From an uncultured Gammaproteobacteria bacterium (lineage in GTDB: Bacteria; Patescibacteriota; Patescibacteriia; UBA11705; JABHMO01), in assembly GCA_964486065.1 (NCBI GenBank), contig CAZAKN010000004.1, forward strand, positions 15,705 to 79,704: a stretch of 64,000 bases of DNA. The letters are read 5' to 3'. Every line of letters starts with the position of its first letter. Position 1 is the stretch's first letter. Below are positions 40,841 through 50,849 of this stretch, one piece after another. The position numbers were made by a program, and so were the translations under genes. Below the pieces are notes generated by a model, which saw only the letters and a program-made list of their open reading frames with translations, did not search any database and was not told the origin of the DNA.

Positions 40841-42083
40841 TATGTCCGACAAAAAACAAATTAAAGGTTATGCTTTGGTCCGTGACAAGGATGGTGTTTT
40901 AAAATATTACAAGGACGGCAAGTTTTTTACCAAAAAAGAAATTCAAGAAGCCGTTGCGCGGAGCTCAAAAAAAGAATCAGAAAATTCGCCGAAAAAAGTT
41001 TTAAAACCGGTTTTAAGCTATCAAAAGAAATCAGAACCGAAAAAGAAAATTGATATTGAAGAGGCTTTGGAACAAGATTGGGCAGAACTTAATTCCGGCT
41101 CGGATTTGACCAAAGCAAGAGAAGAAGATAAAAAAAATATTGAAAAAAAAGTCCAAGAAGTCATAAAAAGATTGAAGATTTCTTTTAGCGATGAAAAGAT
41201 CAAACAAAGATTTATCAATATTTTGATCACTTATTTCCGAGGCATCAGATCCCGCAAAGAAATAGAATATGCTTTGGCTTTGCCCAAGATGAGTGGAGGT
41301 TTGGAAATATCGGGAGAAAAAGCTCGCCTGATTGGTAAGGTTTTGGAAAATTATCAAGAAGAAGTTCATAATGGCAGAAAAAAAACCGTGGAAAAAGTGG
41401 AGCAAAAGCCGATAGTGAGAAAGGAAACCGTTGATTTGCGCCACCGAATCGCGCCACCGCCACCGGCTGTAAATAGGGAAAAAAATGATGGCTTAAAAAA
41501 GTTGGATCAATTGATCAAGCAAGAGAGCGCCCAGCAATATGTTTTCAGCAAAAATAAGGTAAAATCGGTTTCTGAGCCGGCGGAACGCTCATCTTCTATT
41601 AAACAACAAACAAAAAACAAAGAATTGTCGCGAAATAGTCGTATTGAAAAACAAAAAATGAAAACCATGATCAAACCGAAACCGGAAAAACCTTCCTTAA
41701 AACAAAGTGACGCAAAAGAGCGACCGGTGATGAATGATGTAAAAAGAGCTTCGCGATATTTGACCGGACCTTTGGAAGAATTGGAATACATGGATTTAAA
41801 AGGTTTTCGTTTACTTGGAAAAACCAATGACGCGATGATTGACGCCATGAAAAACAAGTTGAATATACTGGTCGAGCAATCATTGCCCCAAAAAATACAA
41901 GGAATCAAAGCATGGAGAAGATCCCCGGTTTTTCAATTGTATTTGGACATGAATTTACAAGGGATTCGTGAAGATAAATCTTTGCAAGAAGTGATTGAAG
42001 CGCGACAATTCGCCAATCAAGAAACGCTTTCTTTGAGCGAATATGAAACAATTGGTCAATTAAACACCATTTACACCATATGA
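40833..42083 (+). CDS. hypothetical protein (T4SS-like cluster)
   Basis: 416 aa, lysine-rich; overlaps neighbours by 8 and 4 nt. Confidence 0.5.
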   Translation: MNNMSDKKQIKGYALVRDKDGVLKYYKDGKFFTKKEIQEAVARSSKKESENSPKKVLKPVLSYQKKSEPKKKIDIEEALEQDWAELNSGSDLTKAREEDKKNIEKKVQEVIKRLKISFSDEKIKQRFINILITYFRGIRSRKEIEYALALPKMSGGLEISGEKARLIGKVLENYQEEVHNGRKKTVEKVEQKPIVRKETVDLRHRIAPPPPAVNREKNDGLKKLDQLIKQESAQQYVFSKNKVKSVSEPAERSSSIKQQTKNKELSRNSRIEKQKMKTMIKPKPEKPSLKQSDAKERPVMNDVKRASRYLTGPLEELEYMDLKGFRLLGKTNDAMIDAMKNKLNILVEQSLPQKIQGIKAWRRSPVFQLYLDMNLQGIREDKSLQEVIEARQFANQETLSLSEYETIGQLNTIYTI

Positions 42084-42550
42084 AGCAGTTTTTAGTACCG
42101 CAATTTATTGATGTGGAAGACAAAATACTTGGGCCGATAACCATGAGGCAATTTATTTTAATGTTAGTATCGGCGCTTTTATTGTTTATTTTATACAAAT
42201 TGCTTTCATTTTTTTACTTTATCGCGGCCGGACTTTTGGATTTGGGAATGTTCGCGACTTTGGCTTTCGCCAAAATTAATGGTCGTCCGATTCATTTTTT
42301 TCTGTTGAACTTTTTGCAAACTTCACGAAGACCCAATTTTCGCGTTTGGAGTAAATCCGCTTTCGTGCGTGATGTGCAAGATGAAAAATCGGAGATTAAA
42401 GAAAAAACAAAACAAAAGAAAAACAAAGAACCTATTTCAGGATCACGATTGCAAGATGTATCATTGGTTGTAAACACGGGAGGGTTATATGAAGGAGAAA
42501 ATGAAGATTTTACCGCGGAAGAAAGATTAAAAGAAAAGCCTATCGGTTAA
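42080..42550 (+). CDS. PrgI-family (VirB3-like) small membrane protein
   Basis: N-terminus VPQFIDVEDKILGPITMRQFILMLV + two TM helices matches the Gram-positive PrgI pattern (vPkdl..K..fgLTkRQ). Confidence 0.55.
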   Translation: MKQFLVPQFIDVEDKILGPITMRQFILMLVSALLLFILYKLLSFFYFIAAGLLDLGMFATLAFAKINGRPIHFFLLNFLQTSRRPNFRVWSKSAFVRDVQDEKSEIKEKTKQKKNKEPISGSRLQDVSLVVNTGGLYEGENEDFTAEERLKEKPIG

Positions 42551-42577
42551 TATATTTAAAAATGATATTAGTTTCAT

Positions 42578-43258
42578 ATGCAAGATAAAAAATTGGCGGG
42601 CAATAAAATTCAGCAATCCACTCAGCTGTTCATGGATATTGCCGAAATTAAAAACGATACCGTTATTTTAAAAAACGGAACTTTAAGAGCGGTTCTCATG
42701 ACCTCCAGTATTAATTTCGCTTTGAAATCAGACGATGAGCAAGAGGCGTTGGTTTCCAGTTATGTCAGTTTTTTGAATTATCTTGATTTTCCTATCCAGA
42801 TAGTGGTGCAATCGCGCAAATTGGATATCGGTAATTATTTAAACCGTATTTCCGAAGCGGAAAAAGAATTGACCAATGATTTATTAAAAAGAGTGGTGGT
42901 TAATTACAAAGCATATGTTAAAGAATTGGTTGATTTGGGTGATATTATGACCAAGCAATTTTTTATCGTAGTGCCTTACAGTCCGGTGGAAAATAAATCC
43001 GAAGGATTTTGGTCCAAGTTGGGAGCGGTTTTCACTCCCGCGAAAATAGTGCGTTTAAAACAAGAAAAATTTAAAAAGTATTCGCATGCGTTGGATCAGC
43101 GCGTCAATCATGTGAAAATGAATATTTCCAGCTTGGGATTGACCACGGCCAGATTGGACACGCAAAGTTTGATAGAGCTTTATTACAATGTATATAATCC
43201 TCATTTGGCACAAACGCAAAAAATGGTGGATACGGATAAATTGCGAATAGAAGAATAA
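42578..43258 (+). CDS. VirB4/TrsE-like conjugative ATPase, N-terminal domain fragment
   Basis: ...RAVLMTSSINFALKSDDEQEALVSSYVSFLNYLDFPIQIVV... matches N-terminal region of Gram-positive VirB4 homologs; ends at TAA in same frame as next ORF. Confidence 0.65.
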   Translation: MQDKKLAGNKIQQSTQLFMDIAEIKNDTVILKNGTLRAVLMTSSINFALKSDDEQEALVSSYVSFLNYLDFPIQIVVQSRKLDIGNYLNRISEAEKELTNDLLKRVVVNYKAYVKELVDLGDIMTKQFFIVVPYSPVENKSEGFWSKLGAVFTPAKIVRLKQEKFKKYSHALDQRVNHVKMNISSLGLTTARLDTQSLIELYYNVYNPHLAQTQKMVDTDKLRIEE

Positions 43259-43270
43259 TTCAAATATTAT

Positions 43271-45175
43271 ATGTTTAAAACATCGGATATTAATAAAAAA
43301 TCTCTGCTTTCAGAAAAAAAAGAAGAAAAACCAGAGATTAAGGAAGAAGAAAAACAAAAACAAATCGCTCAAAAATCAGCAGAATCGCAAAAAGCTTTGG
43401 AGCAGGAAAAAACATATCGCAAAGGTATAACTTCGGTTTTGGATATTGTCGCGCCGGATGCAATGGAAATAAAACCCAGTTTGATCCATCTCGGCGATAG
43501 GGTGGCCAGAACTATGTTTATTATGGGGTATCCGAGATATATTTCCGTGGGCTGGTTTTCACCGATTTTGAATTACAGTGCGGCTCTTGATGTGAGTATG
43601 TATTTTTATCCCATGGAATCGGAAGTGGTTTTAAAACAGTTGAAAAACAAAGTTGGTATTTTGCAGGCGACTTTGGCCACGGACGCGGAAAAAGGCGCTC
43701 CTCGCGACCCATTGAGAGAAACCGCTTTGCGTGATATTGAAAAATTGCGTGATGATTTAACTCAAGGTATAGAAAAATTTTTTCAATTCGGTTTATACAT
43801 CACTTTGTATGAAAAAGATGAAGAAAAACTTGATATGCTGACAGCGGACATTGAATCTTTGTTGGGATCAAGGTTGATTTTTTCCAAACGCGTGCTTTAT
43901 CAAGCCGAACAAGGTTTCAATTCCTGTATTCCGCTCGGTAATGATGAGCTTATGATTACCGCCAATTTGAATTCTTCTCCCATTGCCGCGTCTTTTCCTT
44001 TTATTTCTTCCGATTTAACTTCTGATGAAGGAATTTTGTTCGGAATTAATCGTCACAATAACAGTTTGATAATTTTTGATCGTTTTTCTTTGCAAAACGC
44101 TAATGCTTGCGTTTTTGCGACTTCCGGTGCCGGTAAAAGTTATACCATTAAATTGGAAGTTTTGCGTTCCATGATGCTTGGTACGGATGTTATCATTATT
44201 GATCCGGAAAAAGAATACAAAAATTTATGTGACGCGGTGGGCGGAACTTATGTAAATATTTCTTTAAATTCGGATGTGAAGATCAATCCTTTTGATTTAC
44301 CTCGCAAAGTCGGAGATATGTCAACGGAAGATATTATCCGTAGCGCGGTTATTTCATTGAAAGGACTCCTGAGAATCATGCTTGGCGAGTTGACCTTTCA
44401 AGAAGATTCTTTGCTGGATCGCGCTTTGATTGAAACTTACGCCAAAAAAGACATCACCGCGGACAGTGATCTGTCAAAAGTGGAACCGCCGACCATGATT
44501 GATTTGTATCAAGTTTTGGATGGCATGGAAGGCGCGGATGATCTGGCTTTGCGACTTAAGAAATTCACGGATGGAACTTTTTCCGGTTTGTTCACTTCGC
44601 CGACAAATGTGGAGATGAATAATCAATTGGTTATTTTTTCAGTTCGTGATCTGGAAGACGAATTGCGTCCCATGTCCATTTATTCAATTGTCAATTACAT
44701 TTGGAATGTGGTGCGTTCGGAAATGAAAAAAAGGATTCTGGTGATTGATGAAGCTTGGTGGCTAATGCAACATGAAGATTCAGCCAGATTTATTCACGCT
44801 TTGGTGAAACGGTGTCGTAAATATTATCTCGGTGTTACCACCATTACACAAGATGTTAATGATTTTTTGCTTTCACAATACGGTCAAGCCATTGTTACTA
44901 ATTCGGCCATGAAAGTTTTACTTAAACAATCCAACGCCTCCATTGATCTTTTGCAAAAGACTTTTATGTTGACCGAAGGTGAGAAATATTTACTGTTGGA
45001 AAGTAATGTGGGTGAAGGCATCTTTTTTGCGGGTAATCGTCACGCGGCCATTCGCGTGGTGGCTTCAACCTTGGAAGATCGTCTGGTAACCTCCGATCCG
45101 CGACAACTTTTGGAAGAAGAAAAGCGTAAAAAAAAGAAAAAACAAGAATTGGAAGAAGCCGAAGGCGCGGTTTAA
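43271..45175 (+). CDS. VirB4/TrsE-like conjugative ATPase, central + ATPase domain
   Basis: ...HLGDRVARTMFIMGYPRYISVGW...; Walker A FATSGAGKSYT; Walker B ILVIDEAWWLM. Confidence 0.8.
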   Translation: MFKTSDINKKSLLSEKKEEKPEIKEEEKQKQIAQKSAESQKALEQEKTYRKGITSVLDIVAPDAMEIKPSLIHLGDRVARTMFIMGYPRYISVGWFSPILNYSAALDVSMYFYPMESEVVLKQLKNKVGILQATLATDAEKGAPRDPLRETALRDIEKLRDDLTQGIEKFFQFGLYITLYEKDEEKLDMLTADIESLLGSRLIFSKRVLYQAEQGFNSCIPLGNDELMITANLNSSPIAASFPFISSDLTSDEGILFGINRHNNSLIIFDRFSLQNANACVFATSGAGKSYTIKLEVLRSMMLGTDVIIIDPEKEYKNLCDAVGGTYVNISLNSDVKINPFDLPRKVGDMSTEDIIRSAVISLKGLLRIMLGELTFQEDSLLDRALIETYAKKDITADSDLSKVEPPTMIDLYQVLDGMEGADDLALRLKKFTDGTFSGLFTSPTNVEMNNQLVIFSVRDLEDELRPMSIYSIVNYIWNVVRSEMKKRILVIDEAWWLMQHEDSARFIHALVKRCRKYYLGVTTITQDVNDFLLSQYGQAIVTNSAMKVLLKQSNASIDLLQKTFMLTEGEKYLLLESNVGEGIFFAGNRHAAIRVVASTLEDRLVTSDPRQLLEEEKRKKKKKQELEEAEGAV

Positions 45176-45196
45176 AAAATAATTGATTTTATATAT

Positions 45197-45787
45197 ATGC
45201 ATTGGACATTTATTTCCCGTAAAAAGAAAATAATTTTAATCACGGCGACTGTTTTGTTGGTGGTGGCTTTGATTTTAGCTGTGATCATGAATTCGGAAGA
45301 CATGGAAAGCGAAAAACATGGCTCCGAAGGAGCCGGTACCGTTAGGCAAGCTTTGCCCGGAGAATCGGAAACTTTGACAGCCAGACCCGTCCCCGTTCAA
45401 GAGAAACAAGAGGCTTCGCTTAAACAGCAAGTGAAAAATTTTATGGAGAGATACGGCACTTATTCCAATCATGCCGGATTTGCCGGTTTGTATGAATTGG
45501 AGCCCATGATGAATAGTAAGATGCGCGATTGGTTTTACAATTCATATTTACCGAAACTAAGACAAGATCATCCGATTGACGGATTTTATTACAGTGTCAG
45601 TACCATGGCGCCGTCCATTGAATTGTTGCGAGAAGAAGAAGGTCTGAAAGTTTACAAAGTCTCCACGCAACGCACGGAAATGATTCAAAAAAACGAAGAC
45701 ACTTTTATTCAAGACGCGGAATTAACCATGGTAGAGCAGTCGGGAACTTGGTTGGTTGATGGTGTTTTCTGGCAAGGAAAAAGGTAA
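45197..45787 (+). CDS. hypothetical membrane-anchored protein (possible VirB8-like)
   Basis: N-terminal TM then ~160-aa soluble domain; position after VirB4; no motif. Confidence 0.4.
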   Translation: MHWTFISRKKKIILITATVLLVVALILAVIMNSEDMESEKHGSEGAGTVRQALPGESETLTARPVPVQEKQEASLKQQVKNFMERYGTYSNHAGFAGLYELEPMMNSKMRDWFYNSYLPKLRQDHPIDGFYYSVSTMAPSIELLREEEGLKVYKVSTQRTEMIQKNEDTFIQDAELTMVEQSGTWLVDGVFWQGKR

Positions 45788-45789
45788 AT

Positions 45790-46491
45790 ATGGATTGGCG
45801 AAAAACATTGGATTCAATTTTGGATTATGTTTTTCCTAAACAGTGTTTCGGATGTGGCGCCGAGGGAGAGTATTTGTGTAAGGATTGTTTCACGCGAATT
45901 GAATATTTGCGTCCGGATCAATGCTATTTTTGTGAAAAACCGGGCTTTGAAAAAGGTATTTGTCCGGCTTGTGCCGAGCAAACTAATGTTAAGTTGATTG
46001 TACCGGCTTGTGCTTACACGGATACGGCGGTAGGGCAATTGGTGGAAAGTTTCAAATATAATTTTATGGAGAGCGCGTCCATGATTTTAAATAAAGTTTT
46101 AGCCACTCAAATTGAAAATTTAAGATTGAAAAACCATATTTACGGAATTCCCGTCGTGCCGATCCCTTTGCATAAAAAAAGATATCTTGAAAGAGGTTTC
46201 AATCAAAGCGAAAAATTGTGTGATTTTTTAACCAAACGCTATGACTCGCGATTAAAAAGCGAATTGTTGCAAAGACAAAAATACACGGCACAACAGGCTA
46301 AATTGAAAAGAAAGGAAAGATTGGCCAATTTAAAAGATTGTTTTGCGGTCAATTTGACGGAAAAAATACCTGAAAGCGTTATCATCGTTGATGATGTTTT
46401 AACTACGGGCGTGACTATGCGCGAAGCGTCTCAAGCTTTGAAAAAAGCGGGAGTGAAAAACATTATTTGTTTGGCGGTTTGCCATGGATAA
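45790..46491 (+). CDS. comFC: ComF-family competence protein (double zinc ribbon + phosphoribosyltransferase domain)
   Basis: CFGCG...CKDCF...C..C...CPAC N-terminal ribbons; C-terminal PRT motif VIIVDDVLTTGVTM. Confidence 0.8.
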   Translation: MDWRKTLDSILDYVFPKQCFGCGAEGEYLCKDCFTRIEYLRPDQCYFCEKPGFEKGICPACAEQTNVKLIVPACAYTDTAVGQLVESFKYNFMESASMILNKVLATQIENLRLKNHIYGIPVVPIPLHKKRYLERGFNQSEKLCDFLTKRYDSRLKSELLQRQKYTAQQAKLKRKERLANLKDCFAVNLTEKIPESVIIVDDVLTTGVTMREASQALKKAGVKNIICLAVCHG

Positions 46492-46510
46492 AAATAAAAA
46501 TGAATATATT

Positions 46511-47590
46511 ATGAAAGTTTTATTTACCGGCGGAGGCACGATCGGCGGAGTCAGTCCGCTTATCGCCGTAAAAAATGATTTACAGGAAAAATATCCCGAC
46601 ATGCAAAGTTTGTGGATAGGTTCGGAGCATGGCGTGGAAAAAGATTTTGTTAAAAAACAAGGCATTGAATACCGCGCCATAAAAACAGGTAAGTTGAGGA
46701 GATATTTCAGTTGGCAAACTTTTGTGGAGCCATTCCGTATTTTTTATGGGACAATACAAGCTCGTAAAATTATAAAAAATTTCCAACCCGACTTGATTTT
46801 ATCAGCCGGCGGATTTGTTTGCGTTCCCGCGGTTTTGGCGGGCAATTGGTTAAAAATCAAAACCGTGGTTCATCAGCAAGATGTTCGTAAGGGTTTGGCC
46901 AATAAAATCTTGACCCGCTTCGCCACCAAGGTAACAGTTACTTTTGAAGATTCAATGAAAGATTTTCCGGAAAACAAAACCGTTTTGACGGGCAATCCGG
47001 TTCGTCAAAATATTTTCCGAGGAGATCGCGAGCAAGCTTTGGCGAAGTTCAATTTACAAAAAGATTTACCCACCTTGTTTATTTGCGGTGGCAGTCTGGG
47101 AGCGCAAAAAATCAATGAACTGATGACCGAAAGCATCACTCGCCTGATTGAATTTTGTCAGATCGTGCATTTGACCGGCAAAGATAATTTGATTGAATGG
47201 GTTGACCGAGACAAATTTTCCAAAGCGGACAGATATCACGCCTATGAATTTTTCAATGAAGAAATGCCCGATGCTTACGCGATCGCGGATTTAGTGGTCG
47301 CCCGAGCGGGACTTTCCACTTTGACCGAATTAACCGCTTTGACAAAACCGGCGATTATTGTGCCCATCCCGAATAATCAACAAGAAGATAATGCCAATTA
47401 TTTTGTCAGTAAAAACGCGGTCATGTCTTTGTCGCAAAAGTCCGTAACGGCGGATGAATTCGTGGAATTGATCCATGATTTGTTTGATACTCCCAGCAGT
47501 TTGCAAAGGTTGAGCAATAATATTAAAGATATGATGCCACGAAACGCCAATGAGAATTATTTAAAATTGATTGAAGATTTAATGCAATAA
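46511..47590 (+). CDS. murG: undecaprenyldiphospho-muramoylpentapeptide beta-N-acetylglucosaminyltransferase
   Basis: MKVLFTGGGTIGGVSPLIAV... N-terminus and GT28 C-terminal domain (...GGSLGAQKIN...); longest ORF starts 46484. Confidence 0.85.
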   Translation: MKVLFTGGGTIGGVSPLIAVKNDLQEKYPDMQSLWIGSEHGVEKDFVKKQGIEYRAIKTGKLRRYFSWQTFVEPFRIFYGTIQARKIIKNFQPDLILSAGGFVCVPAVLAGNWLKIKTVVHQQDVRKGLANKILTRFATKVTVTFEDSMKDFPENKTVLTGNPVRQNIFRGDREQALAKFNLQKDLPTLFICGGSLGAQKINELMTESITRLIEFCQIVHLTGKDNLIEWVDRDKFSKADRYHAYEFFNEEMPDAYAIADLVVARAGLSTLTELTALTKPAIIVPIPNNQQEDNANYFVSKNAVMSLSQKSVTADEFVELIHDLFDTPSSLQRLSNNIKDMMPRNANENYLKLIEDLMQ

Positions 47591-47595
47591 TAAGA

Positions 47596-50202
47596 ATGTC
47601 AAAGCAGTTTTACAATCTAAACAAAGAACAATCTTTGAAAAAATTAAAAAGCTCAAAAATCGGTCTCAAGCAAAGCCGGATAAAGGCGCTTCGCAAAAAA
47701 TACGGTCCCAACGCTTTGCCGAAAGACAAGAAGATGAGCTTTTTTAGAATATTTTTCCGTCAATTCGCCAGTGTTTTGATTTATATTTTATTGGCGGCGA
47801 GCGGAATATCCGTTTTTTTGCGAGAATGGGTTGACGCCACCGTGATCGGATTGGCGATTTTGATCAATGTGATTGTCGGATTTATCCAAGAAGCCAAAGC
47901 GGAAAAATCATTGGAAAAACTTCAAGAAAATTTGCGTCAAGAAGCCAAAGTTTTGCGTGACGGGCGTGAAGTATTGATTCCGGTTGAAAATATCGTGCCC
48001 GGTGATATCTTAATTTTGGAAGCGGGGGATATGGTGCCGGCTGATGCCAGAATTATTCAAGACATTCATTTGGAAGTCAGTGAAGCGGTTTTAACCGGAG
48101 AATCAGAACCTCAAGCCAAGCATTCACGCAAATTGAAATCAACCGAGGTTATTCTGCCCGAGCGGGATAATATGGTTTTCAAGGGAACCTTGGTTTCCTC
48201 GGGCAAAGGGCAAGCCGTGGTTGTGGCCATCGGTTTGAACACGGAATTGGGCGCGATCGCCAAAATTCTTAAGCAAAGTAAAGACCGATTGACGCCTTTG
48301 CAAAAAAAAATGAATAATTTCAGTAAGATATTGGGTCTGGCGGTTTTGTTTTTCGCTACCATCATTGTTGCCATCGGTTTGTATAAAGGACAAGATTTTT
48401 GGGAAATATTTTTAGTGGCGGTGGCAGTGGCGGTTTCAGCGGTGCCCGAAGGTTTGATGGTGGGAATTACCGTTATTTTGGCCGTGGGTATGCAGAGAAT
48501 TTTGAAAAGAAAGGCTTTGGTACGGCGCTTGGTGGCCACGGAAACGCTGGGATCCACATCCGTGGTTTGCGTGGATAAAACCGGAACTTTAACCAAAGGT
48601 GAAATGGAAGTCAGAGAATGGATTACGGCCGGCGCTTCTTTCACTCAAAGCAAGAAACATAAAATGAAGCCGGAAATTGAGATTATGATACGCAACGCGG
48701 TTTTGTGCAACGATGCCGCGGTTTCCGATGGAGATTTGATTATTGGTAGCGCGACCGAGGCGGCTATCGTTAGGGCGTCCGAAGACGCGGGGATTGACAT
48801 TGATTCTTTAAAAAAAAGAAATCCTCGGGTGGAGGAGCGACCGTTTGACTCAAAAGAAAAAAGCATGATTACGGTGCATAAAGACGGTAAACGGTTTCTT
48901 CATATTCAAAAAGGCGCGCCGGAAAAGATTCTTTCTTTGTCGGACAGGTATATTAAATCCGGCAAGCCGGCCAAGCTGAGCCCCGCGCAAGCGGAAAAAT
49001 TTCAAAAGCAATTTAATAAATATAGCAAGCAAGGTTATCGTCTTTTGGCGGTGGCGTATAAATATGAGGAAGATAAAAAAATCACGAATACGAAAAATTA
49101 CATTTTTCAAGGATTTATAATTATTCGTGATCCCATGCGTGAACAGGTGAAAAATACGGTCAAGCTGGCCAAGGAGGCGGGGTTACGCACGATTATGATT
49201 ACCGGCGATCATAAATTGACGGCGGTGGCCATCGCGCGAGAGGCGGGGATTGACGCGCAAGCGGATAAAATAATGGAGGGTTCGGAAGTTGACGCTTTGA
49301 GCGACGCGGGATTGAAAAACAAAGTAAAAAAAATAACCGTTTACGCCAGAGTTTCACCGGAACATAAATTACGCATTGTTAAAGCTTGGCAAGCTCACGG
49401 GCAAGTGGTGGCCATGACGGGTGATGGGGTGAATGACGCGCCGGCTTTGAAAATCGCAGATATCGGTATTGCCGTGGGTTCGGGAACCGATGTAACCAAA
49501 CAAACCGCGGATATGGTGCTTTTGGATAGTAATTTTTCCGTGATTATTGAAGCGATCAGACAAGGCCGTTTGATATTTCAAAATATAAAAAAATTGATAG
49601 TGTATTTATTGGCGGACGCTTTCAGTGAGGTGATCTTGGTGGTCGGTAGTTTGTTCATGGGGTTGCCTTTGCCGATTACTGCGGCGCAAATCCTCTGGAT
49701 TAATATCGTGACTGACGGTTTCCCGGCCATGGCTCTAACGCAAGAAAAAGCGCATGAAGATGTGATGAAAGAAAAACCGCGCCCCAGAGAAGCGAGTGTT
49801 TTGGACACGGAGATGAAAGCTTTGATTTTTATTATCGGCGTGGTAACGGATCTTGTTTTACTCGGTTTGTTCTATTATTTGTATAATTTTACCGGTCATG
49901 ATATCGCTCATATCAGAACCATAATTTTCGCCGCTTTGGCCTTGGATTCTTTGCTTTATGTGTTCAGTTGTAAAAGTTTGAAAAAAGGCATTTGGCAAGT
50001 GAATATATTTGACAATAAATATTTGTTGGGTGGCGTGGCTCTGGGGTTGGCGGTGCAATTGTCGGCCATGTATGTGCCGGTTTTGCGAGAAATTTTTGAA
50101 TTATCACTTTTGAACGCCGGCGAATGGCTATTGATCGCGGGCTTGGCCGTATTTAAATTGATTTTGATAGAAATAACCAAACATCATTATAATAAAAAGT
50201 AA
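47596..50202 (+). CDS. cation-transporting P-type ATPase (type IIA, Ca2+/Mg2+ family)
   Basis: DKTGTLT phosphorylation motif, TGDGVNDAPALK hinge, 868 aa with 10-TM topology. Confidence 0.9.
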   Translation: MSKQFYNLNKEQSLKKLKSSKIGLKQSRIKALRKKYGPNALPKDKKMSFFRIFFRQFASVLIYILLAASGISVFLREWVDATVIGLAILINVIVGFIQEAKAEKSLEKLQENLRQEAKVLRDGREVLIPVENIVPGDILILEAGDMVPADARIIQDIHLEVSEAVLTGESEPQAKHSRKLKSTEVILPERDNMVFKGTLVSSGKGQAVVVAIGLNTELGAIAKILKQSKDRLTPLQKKMNNFSKILGLAVLFFATIIVAIGLYKGQDFWEIFLVAVAVAVSAVPEGLMVGITVILAVGMQRILKRKALVRRLVATETLGSTSVVCVDKTGTLTKGEMEVREWITAGASFTQSKKHKMKPEIEIMIRNAVLCNDAAVSDGDLIIGSATEAAIVRASEDAGIDIDSLKKRNPRVEERPFDSKEKSMITVHKDGKRFLHIQKGAPEKILSLSDRYIKSGKPAKLSPAQAEKFQKQFNKYSKQGYRLLAVAYKYEEDKKITNTKNYIFQGFIIIRDPMREQVKNTVKLAKEAGLRTIMITGDHKLTAVAIAREAGIDAQADKIMEGSEVDALSDAGLKNKVKKITVYARVSPEHKLRIVKAWQAHGQVVAMTGDGVNDAPALKIADIGIAVGSGTDVTKQTADMVLLDSNFSVIIEAIRQGRLIFQNIKKLIVYLLADAFSEVILVVGSLFMGLPLPITAAQILWINIVTDGFPAMALTQEKAHEDVMKEKPRPREASVLDTEMKALIFIIGVVTDLVLLGLFYYLYNFTGHDIAHIRTIIFAALALDSLLYVFSCKSLKKGIWQVNIFDNKYLLGGVALGLAVQLSAMYVPVLREIFELSLLNAGEWLLIAGLAVFKLILIEITKHHYNKK

Positions 50203-50213
50203 ATAATAAGTAT

Positions 50214-50753
50214 ATGCTTGGAATAAAAGATTTCAATCTGCGTGAAGGGGAGCGCATTAAAAAATTGGTAAAACATCATCGTATTGTTTTGATTCCCGGA
50301 CTGGTGATCAGTTTTTTAATTTTAATTTTGGATTTTTTCTTATTTTTTTGGCTTATGTTGCAGGGGTGGTGGGGAATGGTTTTGTTCGCGTCGGTGGTTT
50401 TCGCGGTGGTTTTTTATGTTTCTCGTTTGATATTTTTATTTAATAACAATTTGTTGATTATTACGGATCAAAGGATTTTGGATTTTGAACAAGTCGGATT
50501 TTTTAAAAAATTTACCAATGAATTCGGTTTTTACGAAATAAATAAAGCTCATTCGGTAACCAAAGGTGTTTTCGGGACGATTTTTCGTTATGGCAGTTTA
50601 AAGTTGGATTTACGCAATAAAACCAATGATTTTGAAATATTCAAAGTTCCCAAACCGGACAAGGTGCAAAGCGTGATAAATGAATTGGTGGAAAGAGAAA
50701 CACGGAGTTTTGATCGTGAAGCAATTCGTCAGGACGAGACCGGTGAAGCATAG
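50214..50753 (+). CDS. bacterial PH-domain (YdbS/DUF304-like) membrane protein
   Basis: two N-terminal TMs followed by ~100-aa beta-rich domain; pattern of the membrane-flanked bPH_2 family. Confidence 0.45.
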   Translation: MLGIKDFNLREGERIKKLVKHHRIVLIPGLVISFLILILDFFLFFWLMLQGWWGMVLFASVVFAVVFYVSRLIFLFNNNLLIITDQRILDFEQVGFFKKFTNEFGFYEINKAHSVTKGVFGTIFRYGSLKLDLRNKTNDFEIFKVPKPDKVQSVINELVERETRSFDREAIRQDETGEA

Positions 50754-50849
50754 AAAACGAAACATTATTATTCATTACATTCCATATTTTAAAGCTATGC
50801 AATGTAAGCCAATGTTCCGTGTTTAACGAATCTATGCTATAATCTTGTT

